DNA of 64,000 nt from Negaprion brevirostris. Lineage: Eukaryota. This document shows, one piece after another, positions 1 to 12,803 of this stretch. Under the pieces are notes generated by a model, which saw only the letters and a program-made list of their open reading frames with translations, did no database searches and was not told the origin of the DNA. The position numbers and the translations under genes were made by a program. The stretch is from NCBI GenBank assembly GCA_030324005.1, contig JARDVH010000031.1:48834035-48898034 (forward strand), read 5' to 3'. The number at the start of each line of letters is the position of its first letter. The stretch's first letter is position 1.

Positions 1-75
1 GTCCCAACTTGTTGGGACTCTGAATTGGCTTTAATTTGACTTGATTGGATTGGAATAAAGTAAACAAAAAAAAAA
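1..75 (+). repeat. 3' end of a second copy of the U2-headed repeat seen at 54.9-55.1 kb
   Basis: gttgggactctgaattggctttaatttgacttgattgga aligns with the minus-strand gttgagactttgaattggactttaattggatttgattgga at ~54898-54937; an A-rich tail follows. Confidence 0.55.
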
Positions 76-789
76 TTCCATAAAAGCAACCTTTTTGTAC
101 ATCAAAGAGAATCAAAGTGAGCGCTATTAACTTTACTCAATAGTTTACAACTATTATTTTGTATTTTCCTTGCGTGAAATGCAGGCCTGACTGACTATTA
201 TCTCTGGTGGCTCTCTCAACCTTGTGTGATGTAGTCTTTACCAAAGCAAAACTACAACTGTCTATACCCAAACTGAGCTGCCTGCTTTTGTCGTCAAGCA
301 CAGAGATAAAATAAACAAAACAATCTTCTATCTACAGATCCACGCCAGATCACTATCTCTGTGGCAACGTGAAATGCAAACATGAATCTTTGATTCTGTA
401 ATCCTTACAAATAATTTCTATCTCTCTTTCCCAGAATTGGGTGCTTTTAGCTTCTTCTAGACACCCTTTCTCCTCCAAGAGGTCCAGTGATAGGTCATTT
501 ATTGTTCAAGTTTCTTTCACTATCAGTTCTGAACTTGAAGATAAACATAGATTAGATTTATTGCTGGTTGCTTAGCAGTTTCTCAAATATATGCCCCATT
601 TATCTACAAGTTAAAACTTTAATTCTTAAAACTAAAAATTGTGCTGTAAATCATGAATTTTAAGAACTAGATATTCACAACAGTGCAGAAAACAAAACTA
701 TAGGAAATTCCTATCTGTGAACAGAATAACGCAACAAACATTTTATTCCACTGGCTGCATATATTAACTAGAAGTAGTAACTTTAACAT

Positions 790-1330
790 CATGTATCCTT
801 AGCTTTTGTACATGGATAATAGAAATCAGTACAAAAGCGGGAAGTTATGGTAAACATTTATAAATCACTGGTTAAGCCTGAGTTGAGTCTAGTTCTGGGC
901 AATTTAGGAAGGTTAAGAAAGTATTAGCAAGGGTGTAAAGAAGATTTACTACAATCACATTAGGGATGAAAGACTTCAGCTACATGGGGAAACTGGAGAA
1001 ACTGGGGTTATTTTTCATGGAGCAGAAATAATTAAGATTTGATAAAAGTGTTGAAAATCAAGAAGGGTATTGAAAGAGGGAATAAGGAGAGACTGTTTCC
1101 GCGGGCAGAAAATTCTGTAGCCAGTGGATACAGATTTAAGGGAAGTGGCAAAATAACCAGAGGTAAAATGAGAAGGATATTTTTCATGCGTCGACCTATT
1201 GTGATCTGGAATGCACTATCTGATCCAATGGCGGTCACAGATGCAATGGCAACTTTTAAAAGGAAATTGGTCAAATACTTGCATTGCTATGGGAAAAGAG
1301 CAGAATAGTGAAACTAGTTGGGTTGTCCTT
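790..1330 (+). mobile_element. Degenerate CR1-clade LINE 3' fragment
   Basis: Remnants of LYKSLV(R)P.LE, LEKLGLFS.EQ..LR.DLI and GYRFK..G...RG.MRR.FF..R....WNAL, the C-terminus of CR1 ORF2. Confidence 0.85.
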
Positions 1331-1511
1331 AGAAGTTCTATTGTCCATATTAAAATATCTTCTTTAATTTTGATATTTACATGTGTACACAGAAAAGCCA
1401 GTGTTCTTGTCCATCCTTCATAAATTGCACGGCAGTTTTAATTCCATCCATCCATTCTGATAACAGAACCAAGGTATTTAGCAATTAATTTGACATCTCT
1501 ATTGGTGGTAC

Positions 1512-1715
1512 AAAACTAAAATACTGCAAATGCTGGAAATCTGAAATAAAAACAGAAAATGTTAGAAATATTCTGTGATTCAAGAAGGCAGTTGACCACA
1601 ACCTTCTCAAGGGCTATTAGGAGATGGATAAAAAAATGGCAGTTTAGCCAGTGATGCCCACATCCCATGAAAGAATTTAAAAAAAGTTTCAGGTTTGTGA
1701 CCTTTCATTAGAACT
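1512..1715. mobile_element. Penelope-type terminal fragment interrupted by the 3' tail of a non-LTR element (~1579-1685)
   Basis: aaatactgcaaatgctggaaatctgaaataaaaacagaaaatg resumes after the insert as gtttcaggtttgtgacctttcattagaac. The insert tail (ttcaagaaggcag...gcccacatcccatgaa) recurs in reverse at ~30935 and ~62590. Confidence 0.55.
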
Positions 1716-2588
1716 CTATTACTGAGATGAATGAATTTGGTATAAAGATCCTTCTCAGAATACCCTTGAGCAAGCTTAATATTACAGCTACAAGAGTTGT
1801 TGCCGAAAGTCAGTGTAGATTTTGTGGCTGGACTGGCGTACTCTTCATGTTTTGTCAAATCACATCATCATGCGTTGATGGTTAGCTAAGCACAAAAGAA
1901 ACCTTCAACAAAGCGACTAGGCAAACATTGTGGGGCATTCTGACAAATGCTCAAATTTCTCATCAATAAAAGTGGGCTCCAAGATGGCATGCACATCAGC
2001 CAGAAAAAACTTGTATCTCAAAGGCACTGTTTTATATCCTATTTGTTCCTTTCATGACAAGCCCATTTAAGGGATACTGAAAATCTTGGATAAATCAAGA
2101 TGGCATGCATACAAACAGTGGTGATGATGGCACAGCTTTGCTCGAGTACATTGTCCAAATAAACATCATGAGATTGTCAAAAATGCATTTTTTATAGTGA
2201 GGTGTGTAAAAGTGTGCATCACGGAGTATTTTACAAAAAATTAAACAAATCGATTCTGCAATCCTGAAACAATGCTTAGGCAATTAGCATGAGATAGAAA
2301 CAGTGTCATAACAGGCTGAGAACTGCTACATTCAAAAGCAATAAGGCCATGATACTTGGCACCAAGTAGATGAAAAGAAAATTGAAATTGCAGGACTATC
2401 AGAGAATTTTGTTGCATAAATTGTGACAAGTGGCTCAAGGGTTGGCCACTGTGTCCACAAAACAGTGGCACTAATGAGCAGTTAGTTCTAGTGTTTACTA
2501 CAGTTCAGAGTGAGCAAACAAGTAGAATAAACTGTAATCTGATGTGGAATGAATTTTCTCATGACTAATAATAGTAATGATTAGTTAC

Positions 2589-2683
2589 CTGAGGCTGTGA
2601 TTTTTAAGTTAGCAAAACATAAATTACAGATGACATGTGATTTCCCAATAGGATTTTCCAGCATACCAAGTTTCCTATTATTT
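2589..2683 (-). CDS. Candidate internal exon of unidentified host gene (NNRKLGMLENPIGKSHVICNLCFANLKITAS)
   Basis: ccatacag acceptor, gtaact donor, one open frame (phase 2 to 1), non-repetitive context. No homology recognised. Confidence 0.25.
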
Positions 2684-3872
2684 CTGTATGGAATATTGAA
2701 TATTTTGTATATAATTAGCTTCTTCCAAGAAATGGAAAATATATTTTGAAGTAACTACAGCATTAGAAAACAACTGACATAACTATACCACTAGAAAACA
2801 TTATTTTCGGTTTCCACTCCGGCATATCTTTGTAATGAAAACTTACTACAGTTGTGTAGATGGATAGTAGATGTATGTTGTTCAAAGTGTATTCATTGCA
2901 ATGAGCATTTGTACTCAGCTTCTACATTCTGAGATACTGACATCTAATTTTAGTGTGCTGTGAAAGAACTCACTGTTGAAATGCCTTTGTCACCATTTAT
3001 ATGTGTGATTGACACCGATAACTGGGGAGTGAGTGTGTTTCTGAACTAAACATAACTGACACAATGTGATAGGAATGCCTGCAGGCTTCAGGTCTCCAGT
3101 TCTAATCATTTGTGTTGAAGTAATTGGAGCCAGCCCAACTTGAAAAGATTTTAGTGAAATATGTAGAAGGGCAACCCATAACAGACGTACATCTTTAAAA
3201 AACTGAATGGAAAATGTACCTATAAGTATATACGCAATCAACATATGAGTTCACTCCAAACCAGTCTCATTTTGATTGAGTTTTCTGTAATCTGGCAGAA
3301 AGAAATTCTGAAGCTGCACATTTGAGACTGACAAGCACTCATAACACATCGATTTGCATTTGTAAGCCACTGTTCACATAAGGTCAGGGTCTCAGAGCTC
3401 ATTAGAGGGGATGGGGGAGTATGAGACAAGAGTGGTAGGTAAAAGACTAGAAAGGTCAAAGAAGTCCCTAAGAAATTTTTGAAAAAGATAATGGAGCAGA
3501 GCAAAGCATTTAAAACTTTTGCATTGCCTAGGTGTACTTTTAGGTGTTGTAGACTTGCCTGACACCAGAATCTACCCCATTTGGCTGATATCCAGAGGAA
3601 AGGCAAAAACAGTTGCAGGAGTTGCAGGAAAATGCTTTGCATGAGGAAAACAACAATCATTTAATGTGGCTGCACTCCAGATTTTGTGTCGGGTTTACTT
3701 AATTTTCAATGATTTTATTCGTGCATAATGCTGAGGTCTCATGTTATGATGGAATGGTGGAAGAAAATAGTCTGGAGCTCACATGGGGAGTTCTAGGTAA
3801 CCAATAGGTGGAGCAGGTTACCCAGAAAGGGCCCTGAAACAAGAAACATGTCCTAATGTTGCAACATGTGTA

Positions 3873-5018
3873 CAGCAAGGTACCGTATGGTAGGTTGTTG
3901 CATAAAATTAAATCTCACGGGATTCAGGGTGAGGTATCTAAATGGATACAAAATTGGCTTCTTGATTGAAGCCAGAGGGTTGTTGTAGAGAGTTGTTTTC
4001 CAAACTGGAGGCCTGTGACCAGTGGTGTGCCTNNNNNNNNNNGATCAGTGCTGGACCCACTGTTATTTGTCATTTATATTAATGATTTGTATGAGAATAT
4101 AGGGGGCATGGTTAGTAAGTTTGCAGATGACACCAAGATTGATGGCATAGTGGACAGTGAAGAATGTGATCAAGATCCCGTTGCAATTGGAGATCAATTG
4201 GGCCAGTGGGCTGACAAATGGCAGATGGAGTTTAATTCAGACAAATGAGCGGTGATGCATTTTGGTAGATTGAACCAGGGCAGAACTTATTCAGCTAATG
4301 GTAGGGCGTTGGGGAGAGTTACAGAACAAAGAGATCTAGGGATACATGGTTATAGCTCCTTGAAAGTGGAGTCACCGGTGGCCAGAGTGGTGAAGAAGGC
4401 ATTCAGCATGTTTGGTTTCATCGGTCAGAACATTGAATACAGGAGTTGGGACACTTGTTGGAAGTTGTACAAGACATTGGTAAAGCCACACTTGGAATAC
4501 TATGTGCAATTCTGGTCACCCTATTATACAAAGGATATTATTAAACTAGAAAAAGTACAGAAAAGATTTACTAGGATGCTACCGGGATTTGATGGATTTA
4601 GTTATAAGGAGAGGCTGAATAGACTGGAACTTTTTTCTCTGGAGCAGGGGAGGCTGAAGGGTGATCTTATAGAGGTCTGTACAATCANNNNNNNNNNNNN
4701 NNNNNNNNNNNNNNNNNNNNNNNNNNNNNNNNNNNNNNNNNNNNNNNNNNNNNNNNNNNNNNNNNNNNNNNNNNNNNNNNNNNNNNNNNNNNNNNNNNNN
4801 NNNNTCTGGAATAAGCTGCCAGAGGTAGTAATAGAGGTGGATACAATTTTATCTTCTAAAAAGCAATTACACAATTACATGGGTACGATGGGTATAGAGG
4901 GATTTGGGCCAAATCCAGGCAATTGGGATTAGTTTAGGGGTTTTAAAAAAAAAAAGGGTGGCATGGAGAAGTTGGGCCGAAGGGCCTGTTTCCATGTTGT
5001 CAACCTCTATGACTCTAT
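3873..5018 (+). mobile_element. CR1/HER1-like LINE, 5'-truncated, RT C-terminal half
   Basis: SGVP..SVL.PLLFVIYINDL, KFADDTKI, QWADKWQMEFN, LYKTLVKPHLEY.VQFWSP; tail ctctatgactctatg. Confidence 0.95.
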
Positions 5019-5250
5019 GTGGGTTCAGGGAACAATGAACACATTGAATAGCAAGCCAGCTTCATAACAGAAAACAGAATAGGGATTAAAGATAATTAGA
5101 AACATTGAGAACTGCTGCAAAATAGTGTTCCACAAGGATCTGTGGATCATTTGAATCATGAGGATAGATTGGACAGGCTGGGCTTATTTCCATTGGAGTT
5201 TAGAAAGCTGAGAGGAGACTTAATTGAATGGTTTTGACAAGGTGAATATG

Positions 5251-7900
5251 TGTTATATTTTAGATGTTTTGACTGGTAGTACTGGGTGATGAGGTGCTGC
5301 ACTGTGGGTTTTGAACCAACTCAATGCAGATTTATTTAAGAGCTGTTGCCAGATTGAAGTCCAACATGGAAGAGAAATAAAAACCTGTGAATGTCTTTGG
5401 TGATGTCACATCACATCATGTGCCTAATCTCACACACATGCATTGCTTTACAATACATAATGTCCCTCCCCGTTTACTTCAGTAGCACAACAGCAGACTT
5501 ATAAATGTTAATGATTATCCACTATAAATATCAGTTACATTACCAGATATTATTATCTACATATGTACAGTTAATACAAGACTCTTTTTGGCAGATGTTG
5601 ATTTTGTTTTGGTAACATATGATGTTCTGGGATATTCTCGATAGCCTGTTCCTCACAAATATCAAGTACTTCATCTTGTGAAGTAGCTTTGTTGTTATAT
5701 TCCAGAGATCTTGATTGTTCTGCTGGAGTAGAATCTGAACTTGGTTATGAAGTAACCCTTGTTGAAGGATTTCCCAACCGTGGGTGTCTGACGTAAGTCT
5801 TTCTGATACAGTTGTCACCAATTCACTCTTTGAAGTGAGGATTAGATCCGTGTGTCTTTGCCTATTCTCATGTCATCAAGTTGCACAATATAAGAAATTG
5901 GGTCTCTCTCAGTTAGAATGTTATAGATACCCACTTCTCACTTGTAGAGTAGTTTCTTGCTAAAACTCTTTCTCCTTGTTTAAAACTCCTCCATTTTGAT
6001 GTTTGTTCATGGCAAGAAACGTGTGCTTGTTGTTATCACTCTACTATTGTAATAGTGCCAGTGCCAAGGGTGTGTGGTCTGAGTGTGGCGGGGTGTGAGT
6101 ATGGTGGGGCTATGATGGGAGGGTGCTATGTACAATGACAGGGAGGCCCTATGTGAGGGGGGAGTTGTGCATGGCAAGGGGTGGAGGATTCCTGTTTTCA
6201 CGCTGTTATGACACTCAAAAATGTTTTGGGAAAATTGTTCCTGATGTTACTGGGACATTCTCTACCTGGTAGAAATATATAATCTGTTAATGTGATTCAG
6301 TTTTGTCCTAAAATGGCAATCTGTTTAATGCCAAAAATTATGTTAAGTTCTTCTTTCTCAAGTTGTACACAACTCTGTNNNNNNNNNNNNNNNNNNNNNN
6401 NNNNNNNNNNNNNNNNNNNNNNNNNNNNNNNNNNNNNNNNNNNNNNNNNNNNNNNNNNNNNNNNNNNNNNNNNNNNNNNNNNNNNNNNNNNNNNNNNNNN
6501 NNNNNNNNNNNNNNNNNNNNNNNNNNNNNNNNNNNNNNNNNNNNNNNNNNNNNNNNNNNNNNNNNNNNNNNNNNNNNNNNNNNNNNNNNNNNNNNNNNNN
6601 NNNNNNNNNNNNNNNNGTGTATTGGCTGTTCCTCTGCAGTTGCTATAATGTGAGATACAACAGTACCCAACCCATAGGACAATGCATCACAGGCTCGTTG
6701 AATTTTCAACTCTGGGTTAAAATGGACCAAAACCTAGGATTGCTTGAGCGTGTCTTTAACTCCTTTATATGCATTTTCAGACCCCTTCGTCAATTCCATT
6801 GTTGGTTAGCACACAATAAATTATGGAATAGCTATAGTAGTGTTGCAAGGTTTGGGATGAACTTCCCGTAATAATTGATGAGTCCTAAAAATGATCGCAC
6901 TTGTGACACATCCAGGATCGCTGTCATTTTCTTAGGTTCTTTGTGGAGGCTAACTGTGTCTATTCCAGGACCTAGATAATTGATGGATGATTTGAAAAAT
7001 TCATATTTTTCCTTCTTTACACAGAGGTTGTACTTCTCTGGATGCTTAGTGTTTCCCCTAAGTTGTGTAAATGTTCCTGTTGAATTTTGCCTGTGATTAG
7101 AATGCCATCCAAATAACACTGGACACTGTTGAGGCCAGTTAATATTTGGTCCAATGATTTCTGGAATATGGCCAGTGCCAATGTTATTCCAAATGGTAGG
7201 AGCTTATATTGGAACAATCCCTGTGGGTAACAGTTGTTAGCAGCAGTTGCAATTCAGTTGCCACCCTCAGCTGGATGTATGCTTGGGAAAATCTATCTTG
7301 CTGAACTGCTGATCACCAGCCAGTCCAGCAAATAAGTCCTCAATTAGTGGCAAAGGGTGATAGTCAACACAGAGTGGTGGATTTATTGTTGTCTTGAAGT
7401 ACCCATTGGAAACATATAGAACCATCAGATTTAATAACTGGAATGATTGGGGTTACCCAGTCATTCAGTGTTACAGGTTCAGTCACTTCATCCTTGCTGT
7501 CAACCAACTGGTCAATTGCTCCCTGGTTTAGGTTGATTTTGTGATCTTCCAGAGAGTGGGGAAAATTTTCCTTTACAATGTGCAGAGGCAATTCTATGAT
7601 TGACTTATTAGCTTCTACTTGAACCATGATATGTCCCTTCAGTGGAATTACCTCCTTGGTATAAGTTTGCAGAATTACACCTGAAGGTTTTAGTGGTAAG
7701 TGTTCAAGCTTCAGATTGCATACGTATTCTGGGAGCAGCTCCAAAGGTTCTGGGTTTATTTAAAGTTTGACAGAGAAGTAGTAAATATCTACTTTCATAT
7801 CCCCTTCATGGATCTAATTTCTTCAGAAGCATTCCATGTTTCCACATTTTCTCCAAATGCCTTAATGGCGCCGCTTTTGCCCGCTATCGCAGTTACCAGT
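5251..7900 (-). mobile_element. Decayed Gypsy (Ty3) LTR retrotransposon with probable 3' LTR at ~5251-5462
   Basis: Gag-like start (AFGENVETWN) near 7860; RT motifs WVTPIIPVIKSDGS, LPFGI..A.AIFQK..DQIL.GL..VQCYLDGILITG and VRSFLGLINYYGKFIPNLATL; RNase H ACDA.SYGLGTVVSH; integrase C-terminal GERVLARNY..EKW; purine tract ggggaggga next to the LTR. Confidence 0.9.
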
Positions 7901-8218
7901 TATTAAATCATAGTACTTTCTTTAAATTTTTTCCCCTCTTTTTATTCTCTTCTTTAGTAATTTGTGTTATTTGTTTTGATTCAGTTGGCTCTATAGTTCA
8001 GTTTGTTTCTCAAACTACTTCTAGATAGGCAATCAAATTCCCTTTAATAGACAACAGAAGCTTTAGATGTAATTCAAAGAACAAGAAAATTACAGCACAC
8101 GACCAGGCCCTTCGGCCCNNNNNNNNNNNNNNNNNNNNNNNNNNNNNNNNNNNNNNNNNNNNNNNNNNNNNNNNNNNNNNNNNNNNNNNNNNNNNNNNNN
8201 NNNNNNNNNNNNNNNNNN

Positions 8219-8680
8219 AACTGCTAGACTGGGTCTGCAGCAGATGGTGAAGGAACCAACAAGGAAAGAAACATACTTGACCTCATCCTTATCAATCTGC
8301 CGGCTGCAGATGCATCTGTCCATGGCAGTATCGGTAAGAGTCACGACCACACAGTCCCTATGGAGACAATATCCCATCTTCACATTGAAAATAACCTCCG
8401 TTGTATTGTGTCGCACTATCACCTTGCTAAATGGGACAGACTTCGAACCAATCTAGCATCTCCAAGACTGGGCATCCACGAGGCACTGTGAACCATCAGC
8501 ACCAGTGGAACTGTACTCCAGCACAATCTGCAACCTCATTGCCCAACATATCCTCCACTCAACCATTACTATCAAGCCAGGGGATCAACAGTGGCTCAAT
8601 GGAGAGTGCAGGAGGGCATGCCAGAAGCAGCGCCAGGTATATCTAAAAATGATGCGTCAAACTGATGAAGCTGCTGAACA
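8219..8680 (+). mobile_element. Non-LTR retrotransposon fragment, AP-endonuclease C-terminal region
   Basis: With frameshifts: LQQMVKEPTR..ILDLIL.NLP..DASVH.SIG.S.H..V, ..AKWDRLR, TITIKPGDQ.W.N.ECRRACQ. Confidence 0.8.
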
Positions 8681-8683
8681 GGA

Positions 8684-10230
8684 CGAGAACAAAGAAAATT
8701 ACAGCACAGGAGCAGGCCCTTCGGCCCTCCGACCCTGCACCAATCATCTGCCTGACTTAACTAAAACCCCTTACCCTTCCAGGGACCATATCCCTCTATT
8801 CCCCTCTCATTCATGTACTTCGCAAGACGCCCCTTAAGTCACCACTGTACCTGCTTCCACTACCTCCCCCAGTAACCATTTCCAGGCACTCAGTGCTCTG
8901 TGTAAAAAAATCTGCCTCGTACATCTCTTTTAAACCTTGCCCCTCGCACCTGAAACCTATGCCCTTTAGTAATTGACTTTTCCACCCTGGGATAAAGCTT
9001 CTGACTATCCGTTCTGTCCATACCCCTCATAATCTTGTAGACATCAAAAAGGTCTCCCCTCAACCTTTGTTGCTCCAGTGAGAACAAACCAAGTTTCTCC
9101 AAACCCTCCTCACAGCTGATGCCCTCCATACCAGCCAACATACTGATAAAGCCTCCACATGCTTCTGGTGGAGAGGTGACCAGAATTGAACCCTCTATTC
9201 CAAGTGTGGCCTAATTAAGGTTCTATTAGACTCCAACATGACTTGGCAATTTTTAAACTCAGTGCCCTGGCCGATGAAGGCAAGCATGCTGTATGCCTTC
9301 TTTACTACCTTCTCCACCTGCATTGCCACTTTCAGTGACCTGTGTACCTGTACACCCAGATCCTTTTGCCTATCAATACTCTTAAGGGTTCTGCCATTTA
9401 CTGTATATTTCCTATCTGTATTAGACCTTCCTCACTTTGTTCAGATTAAACTTCATCTGCCATCTCTCCGCCCAAGTCTCCAACTGATCTATATCCTGCT
9501 GTATCCTCTGATGGTCCTTATCGCTATCCGCAAATCTACCAACCTTTGTGTCGTCCACAAAGTTACTAATCAATCCAGTTACATTTTCCTCCAAATCAAT
9601 TATATATATATTACAAACAGCAAAGGTTCCAGCACTGATCCTTGAGGAGCACCACTTGTCACAGCCCTCCATTCAGAAACACACCCTTCCACTACTACCA
9701 CCTGTCTTCTTTGACCAAGCCAGTTTTGTATCCACCTTGCTAGCTCATCTCTGAATCCATGCAACTTCACCTTCTGCACCAGTCTGCCAAGAGGGACCTT
9801 GTCAAAGGCCTTACTGAAGTCCATGTAGACAACATCCACTATCCTATCCTCATCAATCATCTTTGTGAGACATGACCTTAGGTTCGTGAGACATGACCTC
9901 CCCTTCACAAAACCATGTTGCCTCTCGTTAATACATACACTTATTTCCAAGTGGGAGTAAATCCTGTCTCAAAGAATCCTCTCTAATAATTTCCCTACCA
10001 CTGACTTCAGGCTCACCGGCCTGTAATTACCAGGATTATTCTTGTTATCCTCCTTAAACAAAGGAACAACCGTGCCTATTCTCCAATCCTCTGGGACCTT
10101 CCCTGTAGCCTGTGAGGATACAAAGATTTCTCTCAAGGTCCCAGCAATTTCCTCCCTTGCCTCTCTCAGTATTCTGGGGTATATTCCATCAGGCCCATGG
10201 GACTTGTCTACCTTAATGTTTCTCAAGAAT
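8684..10230 (-). mobile_element. CR1/HER1-like LINE, RT region to 3' end
   Basis: KSHGPDGIYPRILRE, NPGNYRPVSL, QHGFVKGRSCLTNL, VDVVYMDFSKAFDKVP, G.PQGSVL.PLLFVIY, FVDDTKV; frameshifted. Confidence 0.95.
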
Positions 10231-10417
10231 CTTCTGGGTTATTTTGGAGCAGTAGCTCCGTTTTAAGAGTACAGAGACTCTCTATGTGAGAATCGCTGTT
10301 GCTGCAGCCTGCCATGTGCGAGGTGCCAGCAGCCTGGAAACCTACCCAGCTTCAAAATGGTAAGTAAATATTTTGTTTCCGCCTTCTCACAGTTTTGTAC
10401 TTTTTTAAGAATTTTTT

Positions 10418-11035
10418 AAATTTGATTTATTATTGTTACATGAACTGGAATACAGTGAAAAGTATTGTTTCTTGCATGCTATACAGACAAAACACACTGT
10501 TCTTAGGGTACTTAGGGGAGAAGGAAAGGATAGGGTGCAAAATGTAGTACTGCAAATACAGGTAGAGTGAAAGGAAAGATAACATAAGGTGTGTCCATTC
10601 AAAATTCTGATGGTAGCAGGGAAGAAGCTGTTGAGTCATTTGATACATGTTTTTGTCTTTTTCCTAATTGAAGAAGATGGAAAAGAGTGTGTCCAGCATG
10701 CGAGGGATTCTTGATTATGCTGGCTGCTTTCATAAGGCAGCAGGAAGTGTAGATCAAGTCAATGGATGGGAGGTTAGTTTGCTCAATGGACTGGGCTTCA
10801 TTCATGACCCTTTGTAGTTTTTTGCAGTCTTGCTCAAAGCAGGAGTCATACCAAGCTGCGATACATCTGGGTAGGATGCTTTCTGTGGTGCATCTGTAAA
10901 AATTGCTAAGAATCATAGTGGACATGCTGAATTTCCTGAGCCTCCTGAGAAAGTAGAGGCATTGGTGGGCTTTTTTAACGTTTACGTCAGTGTGGAGGAT
11001 CCAGGACAGATTGTTGGTGATCTGAACACCTGAAC
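10418..11035 (-). mobile_element. Rex1/Babar-clade LINE 3' fragment
   Basis: NNLSW..H....VKKAHQCLYFLRRLRKF.MS...LSNFYRCT.ESIL..CI.AWY, the characteristic Rex1 C-terminal region; tail aataaatcaaa. Confidence 0.9.
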
Positions 11036-12490
11036 TAGAAACTACTGTATATTTTACCAGTCTGTGCAATCTTGCATTGATTAGCTGGAAAATTTCAAGG
11101 TGTTCAGTTACTCTAGCCTTAAATATAGGCTAATAATTTCTGACAGCTGACGTTAGGTTAATTGATTTTTAATTCCTTGGTTTCTGTCTTCTTGCCTTTC
11201 TTAAAAAGCTAAATGACATGCACAATTTTCTAATCTAAAATGATTCCAAATTAAGAAAGCTTTGGAAGATTATAGTTAGGGTTTCTGCAATATTCTCAAC
11301 TACTTTCTTTAAAACTTTGGATTGGAATCCACCTGGTTCCTGGGATTGGCACTCTTTTTTTTCCAATCTTCATTACTTATTATTTTGCTGACATTAATTT
11401 TGGTGATTCCCTCGCCCTGGATTATTCATAGCTTCCTCAGGATATTGGGCAAACCTTCCTCTTCCATGAGTGTACATACTACTGCAAAGTAATTATTCAG
11501 CATTAAACTTTTATTCAAGGTTTTCTTATTTTCATTGCCAATATCACCATATTCTATTTTCAAGGGTCCACATTACTCCCAACTCCCCTCTTTTTCCTGA
11601 TGACATAATTTTTTTTGTATTGATTTTGATCTCTCAAATTTCTTCTCATGCTCTCCTTTTGTTCAATGTCTGCTGTTCTTTGGAGCTGTACCATTTGATA
11701 GGATTGATACTGTTTTGAACAATGTTCCTTTGGGTCTTACGTTGTGTCTTAGCTCTTCAGTGCTCCAGTCCTTTTTTTGAAAGTTGAGCAATTGTCCCTT
11801 AGCAATACAAAACTTTAGTCTAACATTAAATCCACTTCCCACTGATCTTCAATCATTTTGCCCATTAACAAATTGCCCAGTTTTATGTGGGAGCTCTCTA
11901 TCTCATCTGAATTTAGAAACGAGAATCTTATAGCTGTTTTGCATTTTTCCTTTCAAACACAATGCTGAACTAGATCATATAACACAGCTGTCAGATAAAC
12001 ATTCACGTACCGTTAGATTGTTAACTAAATCTGGGTCACTTCTCATTACTAACTCTGATATGGCCTGTCTGCTTATTGATTCCAGGTCACATTGTGACAG
12101 GGAACTACCTGAATATACTCAAGTAATCTATTACCTTTTTGAAATATAATGGTCTACTTATCCCAATCTATATAAAAGCTAAAAACCTTCATTAAACCAC
12201 TCTGCCTTTTGTTACATATTTGTCTAATCACTGTATTTACATATTGTATCACTTCACAGCTGCTGCCAAGGGTCCAAAGCCCAATTCCCACTACAGTCTT
12301 GAATTCTCTTCTATTCCTGATTTCTAACTGCCTGCTTACTTCTCGTTATATCCTCTCTTAACATTGAAACAACTTACCTTGAATCATTACCACTGATCCT
12401 ACCCCACTAGTGTTTTTCCTATCTTTTCAGTAAAGTTTATAACCTGGTCTAACAATCCTGATCTCCTACAGCCATGTATCCATGACAATG

Positions 12491-12615
12491 GGGTGGGATT
12501 TTCTGGCTGCGCATGCTCCAAGAACTGAGGTCAACGGAGCTATAAATGGTCCACTAAATTTTCCGTCCCACCCGCTCCAACTCCCATGGTGGGCGGTACC
12601 AGAAAATCTATTCCC
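12491..12615. mobile_element. ~125-bp PIF/Harbinger-like MITE
   Basis: Imperfect TIR gggtgggattttc / gaaaatctattccc; flanks ATG/ACG; related copies at ~12679, 21050, 24180, 29780 and 45630. Confidence 0.75.
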
Positions 12616-12678
12616 ACGTATCACACCTTCCAAGTTGAATTTGTGGCTCCATTTCACTCAGTTTGTTCCTTGTACTCT

Positions 12679-12803
12679 GGGGGGAATGTCTCATCCCACC
12701 TGCCAGGTGAATTATAGTGGGTGGGGGGGGACCATACAGAGGTCCGTTGACCTTGGGCAGGATCTTTTGGTTTTGGGGTGAGCGCGGCTGGAAAAACCTG
12801 CCC
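12679..12803. mobile_element. Second copy of the same MITE family, opposite orientation
   Basis: Core ccgttgaccttgggcaggat...gagcgcggctggaaaaacctgccc shared with the other copies; flanks TCT/TAT. Confidence 0.75.

Noticed and set aside
8077-8118. Apparent duplicate of the CR1 3' end at 8684
   Set aside because: It abuts a gap; it may be a separate CR1 copy or an assembly effect, with no evidence for a special structure.
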